64,000 nt of DNA from Mobula hypostoma (GCF_963921235.1 NC_086097.1:204230001-204294000), one strand, 5' to 3'. Numbered from the stretch's first letter, positions 24,021 through 37,327 are shown. Notes: generated from the letters alone by a model not told the origin. Numbers and translations are program-made.

Positions 24021-26003
24021 AACATAGAAACATAGAAAATAGGTGCAGGAGTAGGCCATTCAGCCCTTCGAACCTGCACCGCCATTTATTATGATCATGG
24101 CTGATCATCCAACTCAGAACCCTGCACCAGCCTTCCCTCCCTACCCCCTGATCCCCGTAGCCACAAGGGCCATATCTAACTCCCTCTTAAATATAGCCAA
24201 TGAACTGGCCTCAACTGTTTTCTGTGGCAGAGAATTCCACAGATTCACCACTCTCTGTGTGAAGAAGTTTTTCCTCATCTTGGTCCTAAAAGGCTTCCCC
24301 TTTATCCTCAAACTGTGACCCCTCGTTCTGGACTTCCGCAACATTGGGAACAATCTTCCTGCATCTAGCCTGTCCAATCCCTTTAGGATCTTATACGTTT
24401 CAATCAGATCCCCCCTCAATCTTCTAAATTCCAACGAGTACAAGCCCAGTTCATCCAGTCTTTCTTCATATGAAAGTCCTGCCATCCCAGGATCAATCTG
24501 GTGAACCTTCTTTGTACTCCCTCTATGGCAAGGATGTCTTTCCTCAGATTAGGGGACCAAAACTGCACACAATACTCCAGGTGTGGTCTCACCAAGGTCT
24601 TGTACAACTGCAGTAGTACCTCCCTGCTCCTGTACTGGAATCCTCTCGCTATAAATACCAGCATACCATTCGCCTTTTTCACTGCCTGCTGTACCTGCAT
24701 GCCCACTTTCAATGACTGGTGTATAATGACACCCAGGTCTCGTTTCACCTCCCCTTTTCCTAATCGGCCGCCATTCAGATAATAATCTGTTTTCCTATTT
24801 TTGCCACCAAAGTGGATAACTTCACATTTATCCACATTAAATTGCATCTGCCATGAAGTTGCCCACTCACCCAACCTATCCAAGTCACCCTGCATCCTCT
24901 TAGCATGCTCCTCACAACTAACACTGCCGCCCAGCTGCATGTCATCTGCAAATTTGGAGATGCAGCACTTAATGACTTCATCTAAGTCATTAATATATAT
25001 TGTAAACAACTGGGGTCCCAGCACTGAGTCTTGCAGTACCCCACTAGTCACTGCCTGCCATTCTGAAAAGGTCCCGTTTATTCCCACTCTTTGCTTCCTG
25101 TCTGCTAACCAATTCTCTATCCACATCAATACCTTACCCCCAATACCATGTGCTTTAAGTTTGCACACTAATCTCCTGTGTGGGACCTTGTCAAAAGCCT
25201 TTTGAAAATCCAAATATACCACATCCACTGCTTCTCCCCTATCCACTCTACTAGTTACATCCTCAAAAAATTCTATGAGATTCGTCATACATGATTTTCC
25301 TTTCACAAATCCATGCTGACTTTGTCAGATGATTTCACCGCTTTCCAAATGTGCTGTTATCATATCTTTGATAACTGACTCCAGCAGTTTCCCCACCACT
25401 GACGTTAGGCTAACCGATCTATAATTCCCCGGTTTCTCTCTCCCTCCTTTTTTAAAAAGTGGGGTTACATTAGCCACCCTCCAATGCTCAGGAACTAGTC
25501 CAGAATCTAACGAGTTTTGAAAAATTATCACTAATGCATCCACTATTTCTTGGGCTACTTCCTTAAGCAGTCTGGGATGCAGACCATCTGGCCCTAGGAA
25601 TTTATCTGCCTTTAATCCCTTCAATTTACCCAACACCACTTCCCTACTAACATGTATTTCGCTCAGTTCCTCCATCTCACTGGACCCTCTGTCCCCTACT
25701 ATTTCTGGAAGATTATTTATGTCCTCCTTAGTGAAGACAGAACCAAAGTAATTATTCAATTGGTCTGCCATGTCCTTGCTCCCCATAATCAATTCACCTG
25801 TTTCTGTCTGTAGGGGACCTACATTTGTCTTTACCAGACTTTTCCTTTTTACGTATCTATAAAAGCTTTTACAGTCAGTTTTTATGTTCCCTGCCAGTTT
25901 TCTCTCATAATCTTTTTTCCCCTTCCTAATTAAGCCCTTTGCCCTCCTCTGCTGAACTCTGAATTTTTCCCAGTCCTCAGGTGAGCCACTTTTTCTGGCT
26001 AAT
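24021..26003 (-). mobile_element. Young 5'-truncated CR1 LINE (ORF2 RT region)
   Basis: Long ORFs 24416-25306 (296 aa, DFQKAFDKVPH..FADD) and 25325-25792; aacatagaaacatagaaa tail; near-identical to 60444-61482. Confidence 0.9.
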
Positions 26004-28238
26004 TAACAGAACTTTTAGCAAGTTTTGGTAAGAATGTGGCACAATATCCCAAGGATAGAACTGAGTTCTGTGATTTTTCTTTTATCAGAGGCTATATGAT
26101 CTTACTGCTACTTTCTCTCTGATGGGTCACAATTTATTCTCTTCCATCTTTGATGTAGATTTGTCCTCATTTCTCAAGAAAGTATAATTATACTGATATG
26201 ATTTTACCTTGTGCCTATGGAACTTCTGTCAAACCTCTTCAAGCTCTTGTAAGTTACTATGACGTTAATCTATTGTTGAGGTTAGACATGATGAAGAATA
26301 TGTCATTGGAATCATAATTGCAATGATAATAGCATTGCTTTTATCAAATCTAAGCTTCTGTTCATTTAAAAACGACATTAAAAGATTATATCCTTGGTCC
26401 ACAGGGATATAATTCTTGAATACTTTTCCAGACTATTAGCTGTGGGGAGAAAAGATTATAACTTCTGAAAATGTTTCTGCATTTATGTGATGAATTCACT
26501 GACTGACACATTAATTGTTAACTAAAGTACAATAAATTATGTGGTTATGTGGGAGTCTGACCATGTTTTTGTCAAAGGAAGTTTTCTTCTGCTAGCAAAT
26601 AGCTTTGCTCTGTTTGTTATCACTTGTTCTCACTGCTTCTCAAATATTTTTGGTATCGAGGAACATCTGCTTTTGGTCTAAATATGCACTAATTGTTCTC
26701 CACTTTTGTCATTGCTACTTAATCCTCCAATATATACACTTGCATCCTTAACCACTACCCCCCCCAGCCACCCCGAACTCCAACTTAAGACTTGGCACAT
26801 GTTTCTTGTGATACTCCCACTTTTTACTCTGATAGTGTGTGCCTTCAGGCTTTACCTCCTTTTAGAAACATTGAAAACCTACAGCACAATACAGGCCCTT
26901 TGGCCCACAATGCTGTGCCGAACATGTGCTTACTTTAGAAATTACCTAGGGTTACCCATAGCCCTCTATTTTCCTAAGATCCTGGTACCATTCCAAGAGT
27001 CCCTTAAAAGACCCTATCGTATCCGCCTCCACCACCATCCCCAGCAGCCCATTCCACGCACTCACCACTCTCTGCGTAAAAAAACTTACCCCTGACATCT
27101 CCTCCGTACCTACTTCCAAGCACCTTAAAACTGTGCCCTCTTGTGCGAGCCATTTTAAATCTGGGAAAAATCCTCTGACTATCCACACGATCAATGCTTC
27201 TCATCATCTTGTACATCTCTATTAGGCCACCTCTCATCCTCTGCTGCCCCAAGGAGAAAAGACTGAGTTCACTCAATCTGTTTGCATAAGGCATGCTCCC
27301 CAATCCAGGCAACATTCTTGTAAATCTCCTCCGCACCCTTTCTATAGTTTCCACATCCTTCCTGTAGTGAGGTGAACAGAAATGTCCTACATAGCTGCAA
27401 CATTACCCCTCAACTCTTAAACGCAATCCCACGTTTGATGAGGGCCAGTACATCATATGCCTTCTTAACCACAGAGTCAACCTGCGCAGCAGCTTTGAAT
27501 GTACTATGGACTTGGACCCCAAGGCCCCTCTGAATCTCCACATTGCCAAGAGTCTTACCATTAATACTATATTCTGCCATCATATTTGATCTACCAAAAT
27601 TAACCACCTCACACTTATCTGGGTTGAACTATATCTGCCGCTTCTCAGCCTAGTTTTCATTCTATCAATGTCGTGCAGTAACCTCTGACAGCCCTCCACA
27701 CTATCCACAACACCCCCAACCTTTGTGTCATCAGCAAATTTACTAACCCATCCCTCCACTTCCTCATCCAGGTCATTTATAAAAATCATGAAGAGAAGGG
27801 GTCCCAGAACAGATCCCTGAGGCACACCACTGGTCACCGGCCTCCATGCAGAATATGACCCGTCTACAGCCACCCTTTGCTTCTATGAGCAAGCGAATTC
27901 TGGATCCACAAAGCAATATGCCCTTGGATCCCATGCCTCCTTACTTTCTCAATAAGCCTTGCATGAGGTACCTTATCAAATGCCTTGCTGAAATCCACAT
28001 ACACGACATCTACTGCTCTACCTTCATCAATGTGTTTAGTCACATCCTCAAAAAATTCAATCAAGCTCGTAAGACATGACCTGTTTTTGACAAAGCCATG
28101 CTGACTATTCCTAATCATATTATGCCTCTCCAAATGTTCATAAATCCTGCCTGCGAGGATCTTTTCCATCAACTTACCAACCACTGAGGTAAGACTCACT
28201 GGTCTATAATTTCCTGGGCTATCTCTACTCCCTTTCTT

Positions 28239-28391
28239 TATTTTAAATTCAAATTTTTATTATCATTTATTCTTATTTTACAAAGCAGCACAGCATATCA
28301 CAGAGCAGATACAGTACAGCATATTTACACAGCCATCCCATGACAGGAAAACAAATAAAACTTAGAGACAGGAAGAAGTTCTAATTTAAGT
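28239..28391 (-). mobile_element. 153-bp AT-rich retroposed insert of unknown origin
   Basis: Exact 13-bp TSD tactccctttctt at 28226-28238 and 28392-28404; minus strand ends in two AATAAA and an A-rich tail. Confidence 0.7.
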
Positions 28392-28676
28392 TACTCCCTT
28401 TCTTGAAAAAGGAAACAACATCTGCAACCTTCCAATCCTCCAGAACTTCTCCCGTCCCCTTTGATGATGCAAAGATCATTGGCAGAGGATCAGCAATCTC
28501 CTCCCTCGCCTCCCACTGTAGTCTGGGGTACATCTCGTCCCATCCTAAGACTTATCCAACTTGATGCTACCCAAAAGCTCCAGCACATCCTCTTTCTTAA
28601 TGTTTGTATGCTCAAACTTTTCAATCCACTGTAAGTCATCCCTACAATTACCAAGATCCTTTTCCATAGTGAATAC

Positions 28677-28938
28677 ATAGAACATAGAATAGTACAGCAC
28701 ATTACAGGCCTTTTGGCCCACAATGTTGTGCCGACCCTCAAACCCTGCCTCCCATATAACCCCCCCACCTTAAATTCCTCCATATACCTGTCTAGTAGTC
28801 TTTTAAACTTCATGAGTGTATCTGCCTCCACCAATGACTCAGGCAGTGCATTCCACGTATGAACCACTCTCTGAGTAAAAAACCTTCCTCTAATATCCCC
28901 CTTGAACTTCCCACCTCTTACCTTAAAGCCATGTCCTC
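28677..28938 (-). mobile_element. CR1 3' end (same subfamily as 34945-35214) nested in CR1
   Basis: 7-bp TSD tgaatac at 28670-28676 and 28939-28945; RGHGFKVRGGKFKGDIRGRFFTQRVV. Confidence 0.85.
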
Positions 28939-30079
28939 TGAATACTGAAGCAAAGTATACATTAAGTACTTCTGCTATCTCCTCCGGTTCCATACGCACC
29001 TTTCCACTGTCACACTTGATTGGTCCTATTCTCTCATGTCTTATCCTCTTGTTCTTAACACACTTGTAGAATGCTTTGGGGTTTTCTTTAATCCTGCTTG
29101 CCAAGGCCTTCTCACGGCCCCTTTGGCTCTCCTAATTTCATTCTTAAGCTCCTTCCTGCTAGCCTTATAATCTTCTAGATCTCTGTCATTACCTAGATAT
29201 TTGAACCATTCATAAGCTTTTCTTTTCCTCTTGACAATATTTTCAACAGCCTTTGTAACCATGGTTCTTCTACCCTACCACTCTTTCCCTGTCTTATTGG
29301 AACATACCTATGCAGAATGCCACACAAATATCCTCTGAACATTTGCCACATTTCTGTTGTACATTTCCCTGAGAACGTCCATTTCCAATTTATGCTTCCA
29401 AGTTCCTGCCTGATAGCTTCATATTTCCCCTTACTCCAGTTAAACCATAGCATTCTCCAATGCTATGGTAAAGGAGATTGAATTGTGATCACTATCTCCA
29501 AAACGTTCTCCCACTGAGAGACCTGAAACCTGACTAGGTTCATTTCCCACTACCAGATCAAGTACAGCCTCTCCTCTTGTAGGCTTATCTACATATTGTG
29601 TCAGGAAACCTTCCTGAACACACCTAACAATCTCCACCCTATCTAAACACCTTGCTCTAGGGAGATGCCAATTTATATTTGGGAAATCAAAATCTTTCAC
29701 CACGACAACCCTGTTATTATTATACATTTCCAGAATCTGTCTCCCTATCTGCCCCTTGATGTCCTTGTTACTATTGGGTGGTCTGTAAAAAACACTCAGT
29801 CCAGTAATTGACCCCTTCCTTGTTCCTAACCTCCACCCACAGAGACTCCTTAGACAATTCCTCCATGACTTACTCCTTTTCTGCAGCCGTGACACTATCT
29901 CTGATCAACAGTGCCACGCCCCCACCTCTTTTGTTTCGCTCCCTGTCCTTTCTGAAACATCTAAAACCCGGCATTCTAAGAAGTCATTCCTGCCCTTGAG
30001 CTATCCAAGTCTCTGTAATGGCCACAACATCATAGCATCAAGTACTGATCCAGGCTCTAAGCTCATCTGCTTTGTTCAT

Positions 30080-30245
30080 AACAACAGGAATTCTGCAGAT
30101 GCTGGAAATTCAAGCAACATACATCAAAGTTGCTGGTGAACGCAGCAGTTAGTCCTGACGAAGGGTCTCGGCCTGAAACGTCGACTGCGCCTCTTCCTGT
30201 AGATGCTGCCTGGCCTGCTGCGTTCACCAGCAACTTTGATGTATG
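30080..30245 (+). mobile_element. Penelope-like foldback mini-insertion
   Basis: 13-bp TSD ctgctttgttcat at 30067-30079 and 30246-30258; perfect 31-bp inverted repeat 30118-30148 / 30215-30245. Confidence 0.8.
30150..30187 (+). ncRNA. Minimal type I hammerhead ribozyme motif (Penelope-associated)
   Basis: Same sequence as 8841-8878: tagtcCTGACGAagggtctcggcctGAAAcGTCgactg. Confidence 0.7.
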
Positions 30246-30428
30246 CTGCTTTGTTCATGATGCTTCTTGCATTAAAATAGACACATCTCAATCCATCAGT
30301 CTGAGCGTATCCCTCCTCTATCACCTGCCTATCCTCCCTCTCGCACTGTCTCCAAGCTTTCTCTGTTTGTGAGCCAACTGTCCCTTCCTCCGTCTCTTCA
30401 GTTCGGTTCCCACCCCCCAACAATTCTA

Positions 30429-30435
30429 GTTTAAA
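30429..30435 (-). promoter_or_regulatory. Putative -1 frameshift slippery heptamer T TTA AAC at the CR1 ORF1/ORF2 junction
   Basis: gag agT TTA AAC tag; the -1 frame reads FKLELLGGGNRTEE...GLRCVYFNARS with no ATG. Confidence 0.55.
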
Positions 30436-31519
30436 CTCTCCCCAATAGCCTTAGCAAATCTCCCTGCCAGGATATTGGTCCCCCTCTGTTTCAAGTGCAA
30501 CCCTTCCTTTTTGTACAAGTCATGCCTGTCTCAAAAGAGGTCCCAATGATCCAGAAATCTGAATCCCTGCCCCCTGCTTCAATCCCTCAGCCACACATTT
30601 ATCCTTCACCTCACTCTATTCCCATACTCACTGTCACGAGATTACTACCTTTGATGACCTGCTTCTCAACTTCCTTCCTAACTCCCTGTAGTCTGTTTTC
30701 AGGACCTCCTCCTTTTTCCTACCTATGCTGTTGCTACCAATATGTACCATGACCTCTGGCTGTTAATCTTCCCACATCAGGATGTCATGGGCGTGATCCG
30801 AAATGACCCGGAACCTGGCACCTAGGAGGCAAACTACCATCCGTGTTTCTTTCCTGCAACCACAGAATCGCCTTTCTGACCCCCTATGAAGTTCCCTATT
30901 ACTGCTTCCATCCTCTTCCTTTCCCTCTCCTTCTGAGCCACAGGGCCAGACTCTGTTCTGGAGGTGCGGCCGCTGTTGCTTCCCCAGATGGGCCAACCCC
31001 ACCCCCAACTGTACTCAAACACGAGTACTTATTGTTAAGGGGGACAGCCACAGGAGTACTCTCTAGTATCTGACTTTTGCCCTTCCCTCTCCTGACTGGT
31101 ACCCACTTATCCACTCTTGGTTAGTTCAATTCCTGAGTTCTGTTCTTGACTGTATTCGAAGTATTAAACAATCTTACCAAAAGTCAGGGACTCCAACAAA
31201 ACAGGTTGTTTATTCCTGTGGCTCATTCACACAGACTCTGGAAACTCCCACAAAAATTGCTGCAAATTAGTGAGATGTCAAAATATCAGGGCATTTTGAC
31301 ATGCAACAGCCTTAAAGGAGTAATTGCCATTTCACAGTCAATAAGCTGAATACTGAGATAGAGGGAAAAAGAAATGCACACTTGGATTTTCACTTGAACT
31401 GTTTTGGTTCAGTTTTGACTTCATGAAATCATTAAAGAATAAGGTTTCTGAATCTCCCGGAGTGTTTAACTTCATATCTTGAATTGATTTTGTGAGTTTC
31501 CTGCTCAGACAGTTCAGTT

Positions 31520-34500
31520 CAGTGAGGTAGTCACACCTTGGCTGCTGGAAGCAGGTCGTTGGGTGACAGTCAGAGGGGGGAAAGCGAAGGTGAGCAGACA
31601 GGTAGTGCAGAGCACCCCTGTAGCCATTCCCCTGAATAATAAGTTTACTGTCCTGAATATTGTTGGTGGGGACGACCGACCAGGTGTGAGCCACGGTGGC
31701 AGGGCCTCCAGCACTGAGTCTGACCCTGTGGTGCAGAAGGGTGGGATGGAGAAGAGGAGAGCTGTCGTCATTGGAGACTCTATAGTCAGGGGAGCAGACA
31801 GGAGATTTTGTGGGCGTGGGAAGGATACCCACATGGTTTATTGCCTCCCGGGTGCCAGGGTCCGGGATATCTCTGACCAGGTGCATGACATCCTGGTACG
31901 AGAGGGAAAGCAACCAGAAGTCGTGACAGATGTCGGCGCCAACAACATAGGCAGGAAGAGGGATGAGGTCCTGAAGTGAGAGTTTTGGGAACTAGGCAGA
32001 AGGCTGAGGAACAGGACCTCAAGGGTGGCATTCTCAGGATTGCTGCCAGTGCTACGTGACAGTGATGGTAAGAATTGGAGGAGATGGCAGTTGAATGCGT
32101 GGCTGAGGAACTGGTGCAGAGGGCAGTGTTTTAGATTTTTGGATCATTGGGATCTCTTCTGGGGAAGGTGGGACCTGTACAGATTGGATGGGTTGCTCCT
32201 GAACTCGAGGGGGAGCAATATCCTTGCAGGTAGGTTTGCTAGCATAGTTCGGGAGGGTTTAAACTAATTTGCAAGGGCGATGGCACCCGGAGCGATAGAG
32301 CAGTGAAAGACGAGCATGGAGTAAAGCCAGATTTAACATACAGAGAGGCTTTGAGGAAAGAGAAGCAGAATAAACGGTGTAAAGACAGTAAGGTAGAAGG
32401 GCTGAAGTGTGTGTACTTCAATGCAAGAAGCATCAGGAACAAAGATGATGAACTGAGAGCTTGGATACATACATGGAATTATGATGTAGTGGCCATTACA
32501 GAGACTTGGCTGGCACCAGGGCGGGAATGGATTCTCAATATTCCTGGATTTCAGTGCTTTAAAAGGGTTAGAGAGGGTGGAAAAAGGGGAGGAGGGGTGG
32601 CATTACTGGTCAAGGATACTATTACAGCTACAGAAAAGGTGGGTAATGTAGCAGACTCCTCTTTTGAGTCAGTATGGGTGGAAGTCAGGAGCAGAAAGGG
32701 AGCAGTTAACCCATTGAGAGTTTTCTATAGGCCTCCTGGTAGCAGCAGAGATACCGAGGAGCAGATTGGGAGGCAGATTTTGGAAAGGTGCCAAAATAAC
32801 AGGGTTGTTATCCTGGGTGACTTTAACTTCCCTAATATTGATTAGCACCTGGATTAGTTCCAAGAGTTTAGATGGGGCAGAGTTTGCTAAGTGTGTCCAG
32901 AATGGATTCCTGTCACAGTACGTGGACAGGCCAACTAGGGGGAATGCCATACTATATCTAATATTAGGTAACGAACCAAGTCAGGTCACAGATCTCTTAG
33001 TGGGCGAGCATCTGGGGGACAGTGACCACCGCTCCCTGGCCTTTAGCGTTATCATGGAAAAGGATAGATTCAGAGAGGGCAGGAAAATTTATAATTGGGG
33101 AAGGGCAAATTATGAGGCTATCAGGCTAGAACTTGCGGGTGTGAATTGGGATGATGTTTTTGCAGGGAAATGTACCATGGACATGTGGTCAATGTTTAGG
33201 GATCTCTTGCAGGATGTTAGGGATAAATTTGTTCCGGTGAGGAAGATAAAGAATGGTAGGGTGAAGGAACCATGGGTGACAAGTGAGGTGGAAAATCTAG
33301 TCAGGTGGAAGAAGACAGCATACATGAGGTTTAGGAAGCAAGGATCAGATGGTCTATTGAGGAATATAGGGTAGCAAGGAAGGAGCTTAAGAAGGGGCTG
33401 AGGAGAGCAAGAAGGGGGCATGAGAAGGCCTTGGCGAATAGGGTAAAGGAAAACCCCAAGGCATTCTTCAATTATGTGAAGAACAAAAGGATGATAGGAG
33501 TGAAGGTAGGACCGATTAGAGGTTGTGGAAGTGAACGAGGTCCTCAATGAATACTTCTCTTCGGTATTCACCAATGAGAGGGAACTTGATGACGGTGAGG
33601 ACAATATGATTGAGGTTGATGTTCTGGAGCATGGTGATTTTAAGGGAGAGGAGGTGTTGGAGTTGTTAAAATACATTAGGATGGAATACTCCCCAGGCTG
33701 CTCCACGAGGGGAGGCAAGAGACTGCTGAGCTTCTAGCTAGGATCTTTATGTCCTCGTTGTCCATGGGAATGGTACCGGAGGACTGGAGGGAGGCGAATG
33801 TTGTCCCCTTGTTCAAAAAAGCTAGCAGGGATAGTCCGAGTAATTATAAACCAGTTATCCTTATGTCTGTGGTGGGAAAGCTGTTGGAAAAGATTCTTAG
33901 AGATAGGATCTCTGGGCATTTAGAGAATCATGGTCTGATCAGGGACAGTCAGCATGGCTTTGTGAAGGGCAGATCGTGTCTAACAAGCCTGATAGAATTC
34001 TTTGAGGAGGTGACCAGGCATATAGATGAGGGTAATGCAGTGGATGTGATCTACATGGATTTTAGTAAGGCATTTGACAAGGTTCCACACGGTAGGCTTA
34101 TTCAGAAAGTTAGAAGGCATGGGATCCAGGAAAGTTTGGCCAGGTGAATTCAGAATTGGCTTGTCTGCAGAAGGCAGAAGGTTGTGGTGGAGGGAGTACA
34201 TTTGGATTGGGCGGTTGTGACTAGTGGTGTCCCACAAGGATCAGTTTTGGGACCTCTACTTTTCATGATTTTTATTAACGACCTGGATGTGGGGGTAGAA
34301 GGGTGGGTTGACAAGTTTGCAGACGACACAAAGGTTGGTGGTGTTGTGGATAGTGTAGAGGATTGTCGAAAATTGCAGAGAGACATTGATAGGATGCAGA
34401 AGTGGGCTGAGAAGTGGCAGATGGAGTTCAACCCGGAGAAGTGTGAGGTGGTACACATTGGAAGAACAAACTCCAAGGCAGAGTGCAAAGTAAATGGCAG

Positions 34501-35214
34501 GATACTTGGAAGTGTAGAGGAGCAGAGGGATCTGGGGGTACATGTCCACAGATCCCTGAAAGTTGCCTTACAGGTAGATAGGGTAGTTAAGAAAGCTTAT
34601 GGGCTGTTAGCTTTCATAAGTCAAGGGATAGAGTTTAAGAGTTGCAATGTAATAATGCAGCTCTATAAAACTCTGGTTCGGCCACACTTGGAGTACTGTG
34701 TCCAGTTCTGGTCACCTCACTATAGGATGTGGAAGCATTGGAAAGGGTACAGAGGAGATTTACCAGGATGGTGCCTGGTTTGGAGGGTATGGATTATGAT
34801 CAGAGATTAAGGGAGCTAGGGCTTTACTCTTTGGAGAGAAGGAGGATGAGAGGAGACATGATAGAGGTATACAAGATATTAAGAGGAATAGATAGTGCGG
34901 ATAGCCAGCGTCTCTTCCCCAGGGCACCACTGCTCAGTACAAGAGGACATGGCTTTAAGGTAAGGGGTGGGAAGTTCAAGGGGGATATTAGAGGAAGGTG
35001 TTTTACTCAGAGAGTGGTTGGTGCGTGGAATGCACTGCCTGAGTCAGTGGTGGAGGCAGATACACAAGTGAAATTTAAGAGACTAGTAGGCAGGTATACG
35101 GAGGAATTTAAGGTGGGGAGTTATATGGGAGGCAGGGTTTGAGGGTCGGCACAACATTGTGGGCTGAAGGGCCTGTACTGTGCTGTACTATTCTATGTTC
35201 TATGTTCTATGTTC
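31520..35214 (+). mobile_element. CR1 LINE, from ORF1 to (ttctatg)n tail, with a few disabling mutations
   Basis: ORF1 AVVIGDSIVRG..VGANNIG..DGL; ORF2 [43 protein letters not shown]; tail at 35190-35214. Confidence 0.9.
32258..32264 (+). promoter_or_regulatory. Putative -1 frameshift slippery heptamer T TTA AAC at the CR1 ORF1/ORF2 junction
   Basis: gag ggT TTA AAC taa; the -1 frame from 32258 is the ORF2 frame (ORF 32303) and is open without ATG up to LKCVYFNARS. Confidence 0.55.
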
Positions 35215-37327
35215 ATAGGCCGAAGACCCAGTGTGCAAGGAATCCTGAAAATCCAGGTCTTGTTACCGGATAAGTATATTGCTGGGATGGTTATTGGGTT
35301 ATGCTTGTAAGAAACACACAGTACTTTCCAGCCCACACACATTCACCTGATATATTCTCATCCTCGTTCACTACACCCAAAGTAAAGCATTCAGTCTCCT
35401 CAGAGTAATAACCAACTCTCCTCTTGTCCTGCTACTTAGTTCAACATAAAATGAGCTGATTCAGGAAGCAAGTAATTCAGGAATAAATTGATTCAAGAAA
35501 CAAGTAAACTATGGTCTCTAAACAATAGCTCTTGTGAATTTCTCTTCACATATGAACAAAAAACGTCAGATAAATAGGTGTAACCGGGAGATGCACTTTA
35601 CACATGATTCTAACAAAATCCCTTCAACCCTGAACTATGGTGGGGATAAATTCCTGGTATTAAATAAATAACTATTCTATTATTTGGATATTTAAATATG
35701 ATTTTAACAAATACCATTGGAAAAGATGTGAGATACACATCAGTATTTCAGAATCCCTGGAATAACTCACAATTTCAGGAATTCAGGGGATCTTTCACAG
35801 TGACATACAGTCAGCTCAATTCAGGGTTAGTAATCCCGTAGAGTCATATTATTTAATATTACTAAAATACTAATTAACTTGTACATCTTCTTTGGCTGGG
35901 GCTTCTCCTGCGGTATTAAATTCTACCGACAGCTTTTGTATTTCAGACTGAAAAAAATATTGTTCACTGAATGCTCTTAAGGAAATTTACATTTTCTATT
36001 TAATCATTCTTCAAAACATGAGTGTCAGTGCCAAGGCCAAACATATATTCTATCTCTATTTGTCCTTGAGAAGGTGATAATCAAGTAGTTTCTTGAGCAA
36101 CGGCTGGCTTCAAGGTGAAGCCATTCCCACAATACTCCTCTGTTGGGAAAAGATGAAGGGACTCAGGAAAGGACGGATGGTAAAAAAGTAAAGATAGCAT
36201 GCAGTCAGATTGTCAGGAAGGGCAGGCAGGTGATGGGACTTAGTTGCAGCCAACAGGCTGAGTTTCAAATCATTAAGGATGCAGAATCAGAAAGGATAGC
36301 AAATGTGGTACTCAAGGTGTTGTATCTAAATGCACGTAGTATAAGAAATAAGGTGGATGATCTTGTTGCAATATTACAGATTGCCAGGTATGATGTTGTG
36401 GCCATCACTGAATTGTGGCTGAAGGGTGGTTGAAGTTGGGAGCTGAATGTCCAAGGTTACATGTTATATCGGAGTGATAGGAAGGTAGGCAGAGGGGGTG
36501 GTGTGGCTCTACTGGTAAAGGATGGCATCAAATCAGTAGAAAGATGTGACATTGGATCAGAAGATGTTGAATCCTTGTGGGTTGAGTTAAGAAACTCCAA
36601 GGTTAAAAGGACATTGATGGCAGTTATATACAGGCCTCCCAACAGTGGCTAGCAGGTGGACCACAGGTTATAACAGAAAATAGAAAAGGTGAGTCAAAAG
36701 GGCAATGTTATGGTTGTCATGGGAGATTTCAACATGCAGGTCAATTGGAAAAATCAGGTTGGTGTCATTGAGCCTACTAGGGGATCAGTTACACTGGACT
36801 GGGTGTTATGTAATGAACCAGAGATGATTAGAGAGCTTGTGGTAAAAGAACCCTTAAGAACCAGTGATCACAATATGATTGTGTTCAACTTGAAATTTGA
36901 CAGGGTGAAAATTAAGTCTGGTGTAGCAGTATTTCAGTGGAATATGGGAAATTACAGTGGTATGAGAGAGGAGTTGGCCAAAGTAAATTGGAAGGAGCTG
37001 CTGCAGGGATGTCAGCAGAGCAGTAATAGCGTGTGTTTCTGGGAAATATGAGGAAGGTGCAGGACTTGTGTATTCCAAAAATGAAGAAGTACTCAAATGG
37101 TAAAATAGTACAACAGTGGCTGACAAGGGAAGTCAAAGCTATTGTAAAAGCAAAAGAAAGGGCATACATCAAAGCAAAAATTCGTGGGAAGATAGACAAC
37201 TGGGAAGTTTTTGAAAACCTACAGAGAGCAACTAAAAAAATCATTAGAAGGGAACAGATGAAATATAAAAGCATGTTAAAAATAAAAGAGAAATGAGAGT
37301 GGATATAGGCAGGAGAAATAATAATGG

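Larger units (their letters stand above)
26863..31113 (-). mobile_element. Long CR1 LINE (partial ORF1 through 3' tail) carrying three nested insertions
   Basis: ORF1 remnants (WVPVRRGKGK, RFCGCRKETRMVVCLLGAR); [30 protein letters not shown]; tail at about 26863. Confidence 0.85.

Noticed and set aside
28490..29104. 204-aa ORF with a novel-looking domain junction
   Set aside because: Chance read-through across a nested CR1 3' insertion bounded by the tgaatac TSD.
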